64,000 bases of DNA from an uncultured delta proteobacterium (GTDB lineage Bacteria > Myxococcota_A > Polyangia > Polyangiales > Houyiibacteriaceae). Position numbers and translations under genes: made by a program. The stretch is taken from positions 896,001 through 960,000 of the forward strand of contig CAVOVB010000001.1 in assembly GCA_963699755.1 (NCBI GenBank), read 5' to 3'. Below the pieces are notes generated by a model. It saw only the letters and a list, made by a program, of their open reading frames with translations. It searched no databases and was not told the origin of the DNA. Shown piece after piece: positions 49,888-59,029 of this stretch (positions are counted from its first letter, which is position 1; the number at the start of each line of letters is the position of its first letter).

Positions 49888-51141
49888 GTGTCCGTGGAGT
49901 TATCGACGATCGTCCTGGCCGTTGCGGCCGTCGCGGGCCTCTACATGGCCTGGAACATCGGAGCCAACGATGTGGCGAATGCCATGGGCACGTCGGTGGG
50001 CTCTGGCGCGCTCACCCTCCGACGCGCCATCATCGTCGCTGCGATTTTCGAGTTCGGCGGGGCCATGCTCGTGGGCGGCACGGTGACCCAGACGATTCGC
50101 AAGGGCATCGTCGATGTGGCCGCCTTCGGCGGGGATCCGATGGTCATCGCGATTGGGATGACCTGTTGTCTGCTCGCCGCTGCCCTCTGGCTCAACCTTG
50201 CGACCTATTCAGGTTGGCCGGTATCGACGACGCACAGCATCGTCGGTGCCGTCGTGGGCTTCGGCCTCGTTGCTGGCGGCTTCGAGGCTGTCAACTGGGG
50301 AGTCATGGGCAAGATCGCCGCGAGCTGGGTGGTTTCCCCGCTGATGGGCGGGACGCTCGGCTATTTCGGTTTTGTGTTCATCAAGCGGCGCATCTTGAAC
50401 GTCGATCGGCCGCTGCTCGCGCTTCGCGGCTGGGGTCCGTTCATGGTGTTTCCGATCTTCGCAATCCTCGCGCTCAGCGTCCTCTTCAAGGGGCTCAAGC
50501 CGCTGAAGCTCGATCTGGCGCTAGGACCTTCGCTGTGGATCGCGGTAGCGGCGGGGCTGTTGGCAAGCTTTGTATCGGTTCCGCTCTTGCGACGAGCTAC
50601 ACGCATCGCATCGACGGATAGAGACGAGCGCACCCACCGCGCTGAACGCGTCTTTCTCGTTTTGCAGGTCTTGACGGCCTGCTTCGTCGCATTCGCACAC
50701 GGAAGCAACGACGTGGCCAATGCGGTCGGCCCGATGGCCGCGGTGTTTGGTGCCACTTCAGGTGAGCTGGGCGCCAAGGTCGAGGTGCCCTACCGGGTGC
50801 TCCTGATTGGAGCAGTCGGCATCGTCGTCGGTCTTGCGACCTACGGCTACAAAATCATGGCGACCATCGGCAAGAAGATTACCGAGCTCACCCCATCGCG
50901 AGGCTTCGCGGCCGAGTTCGGAGCCGCGACCACGATCGTCATGGCGAGCAAGCTCGGCCTTCCCGTGAGCACGACCCATACGCTGGTCGGCGCCGTCATC
51001 GGCGTCGGATTCGCTCGCGGCATCGGAGCCATCAACATGAAAGTCGTGACCGGAATCGTCGCCAGCTGGTTCATCACCGTGCCCTTCACCGCGATCTTGG
51101 CGGCTGCTCTCTTCATGATCGGCAGGCTCTGGCTGCCCTAG
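49888..51141 (+). CDS. pit: PiT-family inorganic phosphate transporter
   Basis: GANDVANAMGTSVGS, PVSTTH (twice) and HGSNDVAN motifs. Confidence 0.95.
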   Translation: MSVELSTIVLAVAAVAGLYMAWNIGANDVANAMGTSVGSGALTLRRAIIVAAIFEFGGAMLVGGTVTQTIRKGIVDVAAFGGDPMVIAIGMTCCLLAAALWLNLATYSGWPVSTTHSIVGAVVGFGLVAGGFEAVNWGVMGKIAASWVVSPLMGGTLGYFGFVFIKRRILNVDRPLLALRGWGPFMVFPIFAILALSVLFKGLKPLKLDLALGPSLWIAVAAGLLASFVSVPLLRRATRIASTDRDERTHRAERVFLVLQVLTACFVAFAHGSNDVANAVGPMAAVFGATSGELGAKVEVPYRVLLIGAVGIVVGLATYGYKIMATIGKKITELTPSRGFAAEFGAATTIVMASKLGLPVSTTHTLVGAVIGVGFARGIGAINMKVVTGIVASWFITVPFTAILAAALFMIGRLWLP

Positions 51142-51176
51142 TGGCCGCGACTGCGGGCGCGCGCTAAGCACCGCCC

Positions 51177-52280
51177 ATGGCTTTATCCGTCGGCATCGTC
51201 GGCCTGCCCAACGTCGGCAAATCGACGCTTTTCAACGCTCTTTCAGAGAAGGAAGCGGAAGCGGCGAACTACGCGTTTTGCACCATCGACCCAAACGTCG
51301 GGATCGTCCCGGTGCCCGACCCGCGCTTCGACAAGCTGGTGGCCCTCTACGGCCCGAAGAAGGTGGTCCCAGCGAGCGTCGAGTTCGTCGACATCGCAGG
51401 CCTGGTAAAGGGCGCCTCCAAGGGCGAAGGAAAGGGCAATGCCTTTTTGAGCAACATCCGAGATGCCGATGCGGTCGCGCATGTGGTTCGTTGCTTCGAG
51501 GACGAGAACATCCTGCACGTCGACAACCGCGTCGACCCGCTGGCCGACATCGAGACGATCGAAACCGAGCTGATCCTCAAGGATCTCGAGACCGTCCAGA
51601 AACGTCTCGACAAGGCCGAGCGCGCCGCCAAAGGGCAGGACGCGTTCGAGAAGAAGGCGCTCGAGGTCTGCAAGCGCCTTGCGGCATCGCTCAACGAGGG
51701 CGAACCGGCGAGTTCGACGGCGCCCCGAGACGAGGACGAGGCTTTGGTGATCCGCGACATGTTCTTGCTCACGAACAAACCCTCCTTTTTCGTCGCCAAC
51801 GTGAAGGACGAACAGCTCGCGAGCCTCGACGAGGATCCACTCGTCGCTCAGGTCCAGGCGCTCGGCAGGGAGCGCGGCGTCCCGGTCGTGGTGATCAGCG
51901 CGGAGATCGAATCCGAAATCATGCAGCTTCCCGAAGCCGAGCGCCCCGAGTTCATCGAGTCGCTCGGCCTCGACGAGCCGGGCCTCCACAAGGTGATCCG
52001 CACCGGCTACGCGACCTTGGACCTGATTACCTTCTTCACCGCAGGCGAGCCCGAGGTGCACGCCTGGACGATCGACCGGGGCACCAAGGCCCCGCAGGCC
52101 GCAGGCAAGATCCACAGCGACTTCGAGCGAGGTTTCATCCGGGCGGAGGTCATGAAGTGTGAAGACCTGTTCGAGCTCGGCTCGGAGCAGGCGGTGAAGG
52201 CCGCCGGCAAGCTCGGGATCGAAGGCAAAGAGTACGTCGTGCAGGATGGCGACATCATGCACTTCCGCTTCAACGTCTAG
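51177..52280 (+). CDS. ychF: Ribosome-binding ATPase YchF
   Basis: GIVGLPNVGKSTLFN, DIAGLV, IHSDFERGFIRAE and VQDGDIMHFRFNV motifs. Confidence 0.97.
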   Translation: MALSVGIVGLPNVGKSTLFNALSEKEAEAANYAFCTIDPNVGIVPVPDPRFDKLVALYGPKKVVPASVEFVDIAGLVKGASKGEGKGNAFLSNIRDADAVAHVVRCFEDENILHVDNRVDPLADIETIETELILKDLETVQKRLDKAERAAKGQDAFEKKALEVCKRLAASLNEGEPASSTAPRDEDEALVIRDMFLLTNKPSFFVANVKDEQLASLDEDPLVAQVQALGRERGVPVVVISAEIESEIMQLPEAERPEFIESLGLDEPGLHKVIRTGYATLDLITFFTAGEPEVHAWTIDRGTKAPQAAGKIHSDFERGFIRAEVMKCEDLFELGSEQAVKAAGKLGIEGKEYVVQDGDIMHFRFNV

Positions 52281-53434
52281 AGCTCGGCGTCGTCGTAGAC
52301 CTTGAAACCGGTGATCGGGCCACAGTCGGTCTCGAAAACGGCGACACCGTTCTCGTCGACGCCCATGTCCTGATTGTTGATGCCGCTGGCACCGATCTTC
52401 AGATTGGCATCGGTGTAGGCGAGGAAGTCGCACATCTCGCCGTACTGAAGGCCGCGTCGCAGGGTCTCATCCGTATTGTTGATGAAGCCGCACTCCGAGC
52501 GCAGCTTCGGCGCGCCGTTGTTGTTCATCGGAGGGTCGATGATCGAGCCGATCGGCTCGCCGATCTTGTTCTCGATGTTGAAAATCGTCTGCGTGCTTCC
52601 GTCACCCTGGACGAAGCTCAAATTGAAGGAGTGGCCCCATTGGTGATAGTGGCCGAGCACGTAGTAGACGTTGTAGTCGACCGTGTCTTCGTGAAGGAGG
52701 TCTTGAAACGGCTCTTTGAAGTCGCAAGTCATCGACGTGCGCGACCTCGTCGGCACACCGTCGACCGCAGGGGGAATCGCGAGGTCCCCAATGGCAAAGC
52801 TGAACGGCGTCAGGCGGACGCGAACCTCTTCGACCGGCACGGTCTCGACCTCCATGGTCATCGCGGTCTCGAGGGGCCCGGCGGTGATGTTCAGAAGATG
52901 GGTGCTGCCGACGATCATGCTCCGTGCGGGAATTTCGAGCGCTGCACCGTCCGGAAAGGTCTGAGTCTCTTCCAGAGCCTGGGTCGATTGAGCGAAGAAC
53001 ACGCCTCCCGCCACCGCCGCGAAGTACTCGTGAAAGTCTCGGCCGCTGCAAGACCAGGTGCCCTTGTCCTGGGCGTTCGGACCCTCGCTTGGATTCGGAG
53101 GGAAGAGCCCTTCGGGCACGAAGAACCAGTTCGAGTGATGCCAGCCGCCGTCGTTGCTCTGCCGAACCTTCTTCACGTAGATCGGCTCGTCATTGCCGAG
53201 CACCCAGCTCTGACAGACGTCCGAGGTTTCCTGGGCACGCGCGAGCATCTGCGGCTCGTAGCGGTGGCTCAGAGTCATCGTGGACTCTCCGCTGCCACCG
53301 CTGCCGATGGTCCCGGTACCGCCGCTGCCACCGCCAGCGCTCATGGCTGTGCCGCCGCCGTCGCCGCATCCAAGGAGAAAGAGCGCGAAGGCAAATGATA
53401 AGATTATCAGGCGCATTGGCGTAGGATTCTTCAT
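52277..53434 (-). CDS. Lipoprotein, PHM/DBH-like (copper type II) monooxygenase
   Basis: Lipobox LLGC; candidate CuH ligands WHHS and STHL; candidate CuM ligands GHYHQ and GEMC. Confidence 0.75.
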   Translation of the reverse strand: MKNPTPMRLIILSFAFALFLLGCGDGGGTAMSAGGGSGGTGTIGSGGSGESTMTLSHRYEPQMLARAQETSDVCQSWVLGNDEPIYVKKVRQSNDGGWHHSNWFFVPEGLFPPNPSEGPNAQDKGTWSCSGRDFHEYFAAVAGGVFFAQSTQALEETQTFPDGAALEIPARSMIVGSTHLLNITAGPLETAMTMEVETVPVEEVRVRLTPFSFAIGDLAIPPAVDGVPTRSRTSMTCDFKEPFQDLLHEDTVDYNVYYVLGHYHQWGHSFNLSFVQGDGSTQTIFNIENKIGEPIGSIIDPPMNNNGAPKLRSECGFINNTDETLRRGLQYGEMCDFLAYTDANLKIGASGINNQDMGVDENGVAVFETDCGPITGFKVYDDAEL

Positions 53435-54078
53435 TCGCTGGCGTTTGGCAAGATGCTCGCTTCGATGAGCATGTATTCGTTTTGCCCATGGTTATCGACG
53501 TGAAAGAGCAATGGTGTCCCCTCCGGGTAGTCCTTGGGCGCAGTCCACAGAGCGTCGGGGAAGTCGTAATCGACCGGGAGCGTCACGCGATGGTCGAGCA
53601 CCTGCTCATCCCCGATGACGAAGCCAATTCGAGCCGTGCCCGGGACCGGAGCGGTGAGCTGCGAATGGCGGGTCCGCACCTCGACCCGGTCGCCAGCACG
53701 GATCGCGCGGAGTGACGGCTGCTCGAGGGTGATCCAGTTGCAGAGCGGAACCCTATCGTCGGTGGGCATCCGCGTGTAGACCGCCAGCACCGTGAACGCG
53801 TCGAGGCATTCCGGCACGACCGAGGCAATGCAGCTCGGGGTCAGCGCGAAATCGACGCAGTCGTCCTCCGGCCAGGGATACTGGTCACAGTTGATCGGCG
53901 TGAGCTCACAGACCGCGCCCTCGGGGGGCGCACCGAAGAACTCCGCGCCCTTATCGGATTGCACCCACTTCGTGTTGTCGACCAACGGCCCCGGGTCGCT
54001 CGTCACGGCCGCATCGCTGCTCGAGCAGCTCCAGAGCGCGCAGCAAAGGCAGAACGCCACCAAAGCTCGACTAAGCAT
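53431..54078 (-). CDS. Cys-rich lipoprotein of unknown function
   Basis: Lipobox LWSC; RHSQL and FHVDNHGQN His motifs; ATGA coupling to the monooxygenase gene. Confidence 0.7.
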   Translation of the reverse strand: MLSRALVAFCLCCALWSCSSSDAAVTSDPGPLVDNTKWVQSDKGAEFFGAPPEGAVCELTPINCDQYPWPEDDCVDFALTPSCIASVVPECLDAFTVLAVYTRMPTDDRVPLCNWITLEQPSLRAIRAGDRVEVRTRHSQLTAPVPGTARIGFVIGDEQVLDHRVTLPVDYDFPDALWTAPKDYPEGTPLLFHVDNHGQNEYMLIEASILPNASE

Positions 54079-54114
54079 CCTGCCACCGAGGATCCGTGCC
54101 AAGAGCACGCCTGG

Positions 54115-54642
54115 CTAGCTTTCCCGCGGCACGCTGATGCGAACCAGCACGTCCGGTTTGACCTTCAAGGCCCCCAGGGCCGCCGTGAACGGTTTGATCC
54201 CGAAGTCCGGCTGGTGGATCTTCACATCGGCCGTCCATCGGTCGCCCTCCGCGCGGACGCTGGTTTGAATGTTCCGCGACTTGCCGTGCATCTCCAGCGT
54301 ACCCTCGACGGCAAATCCTTCGCCGCGTTCCACCACCTTGGTCGAGTCGAATCGAACCTCGGGATACTTGCGCGTTTGCAGCACGTCCTTGGTGGCGTTG
54401 TCGTAGATCTTCTTCTTGTCGCCCTTGCTGAGCGCAGAGAGGTCGTCGCGCCCATCGACGCGCGCGCAGACGACTTGCACGCTGCTCGGGTCGAAGGTCG
54501 CTTTGATCTGATGGGTCGTTTCGTCGACCTCGATCGAGAAGCGCTCCACCTGCAGCTTGAGGTCGTGAGCGAGCCTGGAGAGCAGCCCGTCTTTGAAAGA
54601 AAAGAGAAGACATTCGGAGTTGTATGCGTCGTACCGAACCAT
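54115..54642 (-). CDS. YceI-like lipid/isoprenoid-binding protein
   Basis: GLLSRLAHDL, VLQTRKYPEVRF, GTLEMHG and QPDFGIKPF motifs. Confidence 0.82.
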   Translation of the reverse strand: MVRYDAYNSECLLFSFKDGLLSRLAHDLKLQVERFSIEVDETTHQIKATFDPSSVQVVCARVDGRDDLSALSKGDKKKIYDNATKDVLQTRKYPEVRFDSTKVVERGEGFAVEGTLEMHGKSRNIQTSVRAEGDRWTADVKIHQPDFGIKPFTAALGALKVKPDVLVRISVPRES

Positions 54643-54695
54643 TGTCGGCGATGTAGCGCACAGCCGAGCGATGGGCCAGTTTCAATACCGTACCA

Positions 54696-56531
54696 TCACA
54701 GTTCCGGCGGTTTGACGTAATACGAACCGAGAAGAAGAAACATCTCCTCTTCGGTGGTGACACCGCCGCCGGCCGGGCAGGCGTCACAAACGCCATCTTC
54801 GCCGCAGACGGAATCATCGCCATCGCAAAGCATGCCTTGGTTCGGGCCGCCGAAGCAGGAGCGCTCCTCTTCCGCACAGCCGCAGGCATAGATGTCGATG
54901 CCCTGCGATCGAGCGAACTGCGCGATCGCGCCGACGAAAGTGCAGGTTTCCGCTTCCGGCTTGAGCGACTCACGCCGAACCTCCATCGGATTGGTCGCAC
55001 CATTGTCGTAGCGGGCGCAGTACCTGAAGGTGCGGTCTTCCTCGTTGGGGCTGTCGAAGGTGAGGATCTCGTCGCCGGTGAAGCGCTGATAGAGTGGATC
55101 TCCATAGTCGTAGCTCGCGTAGTCCGGCTCCCGATCGGCCGGACCGCAGTCCGGGTCACGCGTATTGCAGACCGCATTCGGCGGATACCAAACTCGGAAC
55201 TCCTTGCCGAAACGATGGGTGTGTGAGCTCAGCGTCAGCAACTGCCCATGCTGTGGAATCGTGAATGTCGTGCAGACTTCTTTGGAAGAAAACGCCTCGA
55301 TGCGGCCCATTCCGAAGAGGTCGCCAGCGTCGAAGATCTGCTCGCGCGGGTAGACCATCTCTTCGGCCTCCGCGAACTCGAGGTTCATCCATTGCTCGAC
55401 CGAGGTGTCGGTCTTGGTGAGATTGAAGGCATGGCTGTCCCAAATGACGAAGCCTTTGACTGGCATGAGGGAGAACACATTCGGCGGGTATTTCTCGCGG
55501 AAGGTCGCCTCCTGCGCGGTGGCCAGGTTGAGCCTGACCTCCGCTGCGCCGAAGAGACCCGCTGCGGTCCCCATCTGAGGAGGACCATTGGCGTAGAAGA
55601 TGCACGCGACCGTCGTCGCAGGCGCTGTGGCGCACTGACCACGATCGCCACACTCGTCACTTCCCGGGGCACAGGTCGCGCCCGCGTTCGAGCCCCCGAG
55701 GCAAGTCCAATTCCTCCAGTATTGCTCGTTGTTTGGATCGTACTGGGCTTCTTCGCCTTCGGGCGGAACGTAGAACTCGACGATGCTGTGGTGGGACTGG
55801 GGATCCTGGGCGAGCAACACCTCGTTGTAGGCGAAACATTCTCGTTCGGGACCGCCCTGCGTTTCACCGCAGGGCACCTTGAGCTCCTCCGGGATGCGGT
55901 CCGAGTAGTCGTAGTAGGTGACGAAGCAGACCTCGCCCTCCTGTTCGGCAGGAACCTCCCAGCCGCCGGAATAGAATTGAACGCCCTGATCCGCCGCAGG
56001 CGTCGGCAGCGGCTGAATCTTGTTCGGCGCGATCTCGCCTTCGAGCTCACAGGACGCAAACTGCGCTGAGCCATTGACGATCCCGGTTTCGGGCGCGCCA
56101 CCGCGGATCCATGCGCGCAGTAGGCCTAGATCATCTTCGCTCAGGACAGCATCACCGGTGGGCATCGCGCCGCCGGAAATGCCCAGTGGGCCGAGCTCAA
56201 AGTCCTCCGTCTTCGCGGCGACCTTCTGGTAGAGCAAGCTGAGGTCCTGCTCGGCAGGGAACACCCGGACGTAGTCACCGGAGCTCGCCTCGACGTTGAC
56301 GAGATTCGCGTAGGCCTGCGCCGGTCGAAGGTCGAGCCCTCCATTGGCCGTTTCACCGTGGCATGCCGATGCGGTGCAGCCTTTGGCCTCGAAGATCTGC
56401 TGCTGCACTTGCGCGAAGGTGCTGTCGGCGTCGCACTTCTGACCGGAGGGGACGACGGTCGCGCTGTCGGTGCCACATGCCGCGAGAGTCAGGGTCGCGA
56501 TCGCGGCGATCGCCAATTGAACGGGATTCAT
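54696..56531 (-). CDS. Lipoprotein: CX4CH cytochrome c domain fused to a PHM/DBH-like Cu monooxygenase with Cys-rich inserts
   Basis: Lipobox LAAC; GCTASACHG...GAMP...LRAWIRGGA; SHHS, SHAF, SHTHR and EEMF motifs. Confidence 0.75.
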   Translation of the reverse strand: MNPVQLAIAAIATLTLAACGTDSATVVPSGQKCDADSTFAQVQQQIFEAKGCTASACHGETANGGLDLRPAQAYANLVNVEASSGDYVRVFPAEQDLSLLYQKVAAKTEDFELGPLGISGGAMPTGDAVLSEDDLGLLRAWIRGGAPETGIVNGSAQFASCELEGEIAPNKIQPLPTPAADQGVQFYSGGWEVPAEQEGEVCFVTYYDYSDRIPEELKVPCGETQGGPERECFAYNEVLLAQDPQSHHSIVEFYVPPEGEEAQYDPNNEQYWRNWTCLGGSNAGATCAPGSDECGDRGQCATAPATTVACIFYANGPPQMGTAAGLFGAAEVRLNLATAQEATFREKYPPNVFSLMPVKGFVIWDSHAFNLTKTDTSVEQWMNLEFAEAEEMVYPREQIFDAGDLFGMGRIEAFSSKEVCTTFTIPQHGQLLTLSSHTHRFGKEFRVWYPPNAVCNTRDPDCGPADREPDYASYDYGDPLYQRFTGDEILTFDSPNEEDRTFRYCARYDNGATNPMEVRRESLKPEAETCTFVGAIAQFARSQGIDIYACGCAEEERSCFGGPNQGMLCDGDDSVCGEDGVCDACPAGGGVTTEEEMFLLLGSYYVKPPEL

Positions 56532-56654
56532 TCGTCGCTCCAGATGGGGTTCTAAGCCTAAGTGAGTGGGGGATTGTTCCTGATTGATCTATCGGTGCAA
56601 GTGAAAATGTGAGCCCTTCTCACGATTCGCAGCACGCGTGCAGATTTTGCGCCT

Positions 56655-58430
56655 TTAGGGTAGGGGCTCGGCAACGAAGTAGGAGCCTAGGGGGATGAAC
56701 ATCTCGTCATCGGTCGTGATGCCGCCGAGAAGCGGGCAGGCGTCGCAGACCCCCTCAGGGCCACATACCGAATCGTCGCCTTCGCAGCGCTCGCCCTGCT
56801 TGTCGCCGCCGAGGCAGACGCGCTCCTCCGGCAGGCAGCCGCAATGGGCGAACGGAACGCCGCAGACCGGCGTGTTCGGCTTGGTCGAGTCGCGCTTCAC
56901 CTTAAGAGGATCGTCGGCGCCGTTGTCGTAGACCGCGCAGGCCTTGAGCGTGCGGTCCGCCTCGCCCGCGGAGGAGTAGTCGTTCGGCGGATCATAATAG
57001 GTGTAGAGCGGGTCGTCGTAGAGCCTGCTCTCGTAGTCGGCAGTCGTGTCGGGCGGGCGGCAAGCGCTCGTGCTCGCGCAGGGCTCGTTTGGCGGTAGCC
57101 AAATCCGGAAGAGCTCGCCGCGAATGTGCATGTGAGAGCTCAGCGAGAGGAGCTGTGCGTACTGCGGCAGGGTCCAGGTCATGCAGACCTCCTGCTTGGT
57201 GAAGGGCGCGACTGTGCCCATCGCGAAGATATTGTCCGCTTCGAAGATCTGCCTGCGAATGAACTGTCGCCCCGACTCGGGCACGAAGCTGAGGTTCACC
57301 CACTGCTCAATCGACGTCGCTTTCTTGGTGAGGTTGAAGCCGTGGCTGTTCCACGAGACGAAGCCCTTGAGTGGCAAGACCGAGTAGACACCCGGCGGAG
57401 GGAGGTCGATCGCAGTCGATTCCTGAGCTCCGCCAAGCTGAACTAGTGTGTCACTGTCGGAGGTGAGGAAGCCGGCGCCCACGCCGAAGTCGTCCGGCGC
57501 GAAGCGGTACCCGATGCAGGCCACCGAGGTGCGCACCGGGGTCGTGCACTGGCTCCGTGCGCCGCAGGCATCGGCCTCGGTCGGGTCGCAGGCTTCCCCC
57601 GCTTTGACGCCCCCTAGGCAGGTCCAGGGCCCCCAGTCGCCCCCATTGGGGTCGGACTCGGGCGTGTAAACGCCGATGATGCTGTGGTGTGACTGACCAT
57701 CCTGGGCGAGCTCGTTTCGGCCGAAGGCAAAGCACTTCCGACCTTCGCCGAACTGATCGCAGTCGACCTGGTACTCGGCCGGCACCTGGTCGGTGAAGTC
57801 GTAGTAGCTTGCAAAGCAGACCTCGTCTTCGGACTCGCCGTCGAGGTCCCAACCCCCCGCGTAGAACTGCACGCCTTCATCCTGGGCGGGTGCGGGGAGG
57901 GGATTGATCTTATTTGGCTCCGGTTCGAAGCTGCCGTCGCAACCGAGAAGCTCGAGCGTCCCTCCGACGATCGAATCGGCGGGTGCGCCCGCTCGAATCC
58001 AAATCCGGATCGCCTCGAGCTGGTCGGAGCTCAGCGGCTCCAGACCGATGGGCATTGCTTGGCCGAGAGCGCCTGGGTTGGTGCCTTCCGTTCCCGCCGC
58101 GAGCTTCTTGTAGAGAAGGCTCAGCTCCTCGTCGCCCGGAAGGACCCGCTCGATCGAGGGATCGATCTTGCTCGATCGCCGAACCAGGGCATCGAACGAC
58201 GCACCTGCGCGAAGGTCGAGTTCGCCGAGCATGTCTTTGCCGTGACAGGTGCTTGCGGTGCATCCCTGGGCTTCGAAGATGGTCGTTTGAATCGCGTCGT
58301 AGGTGCTCGCGTAATTGCAATCCTTGAGTGTGCTGCCCGAATTCGAGTCCGAGCTGCAAGCAGCCAAAACGAGCACCGATAGCGCTGAAACGAGAACCAA
58401 AGAAGAGCTGTGTTTCGGCATTGGTCTCAT
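56655..58430 (-). CDS. Paralogous lipoprotein: CX4CH cytochrome c domain plus PHM/DBH-like Cu monooxygenase
   Basis: Lipobox LAAC; GCTASTCHG...QAMP...IRIWIRAGA; SHHS, SHGF, SHMHI and DEMF motifs. Start is 58430 or 58421. Confidence 0.75.
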   Translation of the reverse strand: MRPMPKHSSSLVLVSALSVLVLAACSSDSNSGSTLKDCNYASTYDAIQTTIFEAQGCTASTCHGKDMLGELDLRAGASFDALVRRSSKIDPSIERVLPGDEELSLLYKKLAAGTEGTNPGALGQAMPIGLEPLSSDQLEAIRIWIRAGAPADSIVGGTLELLGCDGSFEPEPNKINPLPAPAQDEGVQFYAGGWDLDGESEDEVCFASYYDFTDQVPAEYQVDCDQFGEGRKCFAFGRNELAQDGQSHHSIIGVYTPESDPNGGDWGPWTCLGGVKAGEACDPTEADACGARSQCTTPVRTSVACIGYRFAPDDFGVGAGFLTSDSDTLVQLGGAQESTAIDLPPPGVYSVLPLKGFVSWNSHGFNLTKKATSIEQWVNLSFVPESGRQFIRRQIFEADNIFAMGTVAPFTKQEVCMTWTLPQYAQLLSLSSHMHIRGELFRIWLPPNEPCASTSACRPPDTTADYESRLYDDPLYTYYDPPNDYSSAGEADRTLKACAVYDNGADDPLKVKRDSTKPNTPVCGVPFAHCGCLPEERVCLGGDKQGERCEGDDSVCGPEGVCDACPLLGGITTDDEMFIPLGSYFVAEPLP

Positions 58431-58536
58431 CGTCCCGGCGGGTCTGGAGCTGAAATACAAAAGGTCAACTGATTCCGGTTCAATTGACGGAGAGCGGTGA
58501 TTGGCGCAAGCCTTGCGCCTCTCTGGAGAACCTCCG

Positions 58537-58983
58537 ATGCCGCTCGAAATCCTCTTCAAGACCGCCAACTACGCGATCATTCCGTTCTGGTTGCTGCTGA
58601 TCGTCGCCCCGCGCTGGTCCTGGACACAGCGATTGGTGTACGGGCCAGTCGCGCTTCTGCTGCTCTCGCCGATCTACGCGTACATGCTCTTTGGCTATGG
58701 ACCAGGGCCCGAAGGTGTGGAGTTCCGTTCGCTCTATGGCGTGATGCAAGGGTTTTCGGTGCCGCAGCTCGTGGTCGCGGGTTGGATTCACTATCTGATC
58801 TTCGATTTGTTCGTCGGCGCTTGGGAGACGCGGGATGCACAGCGGCGCGGGATCCCCCATCTCCTCGTGATCCCTTGTCTCATCGCGACCCTGCTGGTCG
58901 GGCCTCTGGGGCTTCTCCTCTACGTGCTCCTGCGCTTCTTCGCCAAGGGGGTCCTCGAGTACGACGAGGCGGGAACCCTTTGA
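58537..58983 (+). CDS. ABA4-like (DUF4281) membrane protein
   Basis: WLLLIVAPRW, GWIHYLIFDLFVG and GPLGLLLY motifs; GGAGA RBS. Confidence 0.85.
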   Translation: MPLEILFKTANYAIIPFWLLLIVAPRWSWTQRLVYGPVALLLLSPIYAYMLFGYGPGPEGVEFRSLYGVMQGFSVPQLVVAGWIHYLIFDLFVGAWETRDAQRRGIPHLLVIPCLIATLLVGPLGLLLYVLLRFFAKGVLEYDEAGTL

Positions 58984-59029
58984 GGCCCCGCGACGCCGGG
59001 CACCTGGGAGCAGGGTCACGGCGCGCAAT

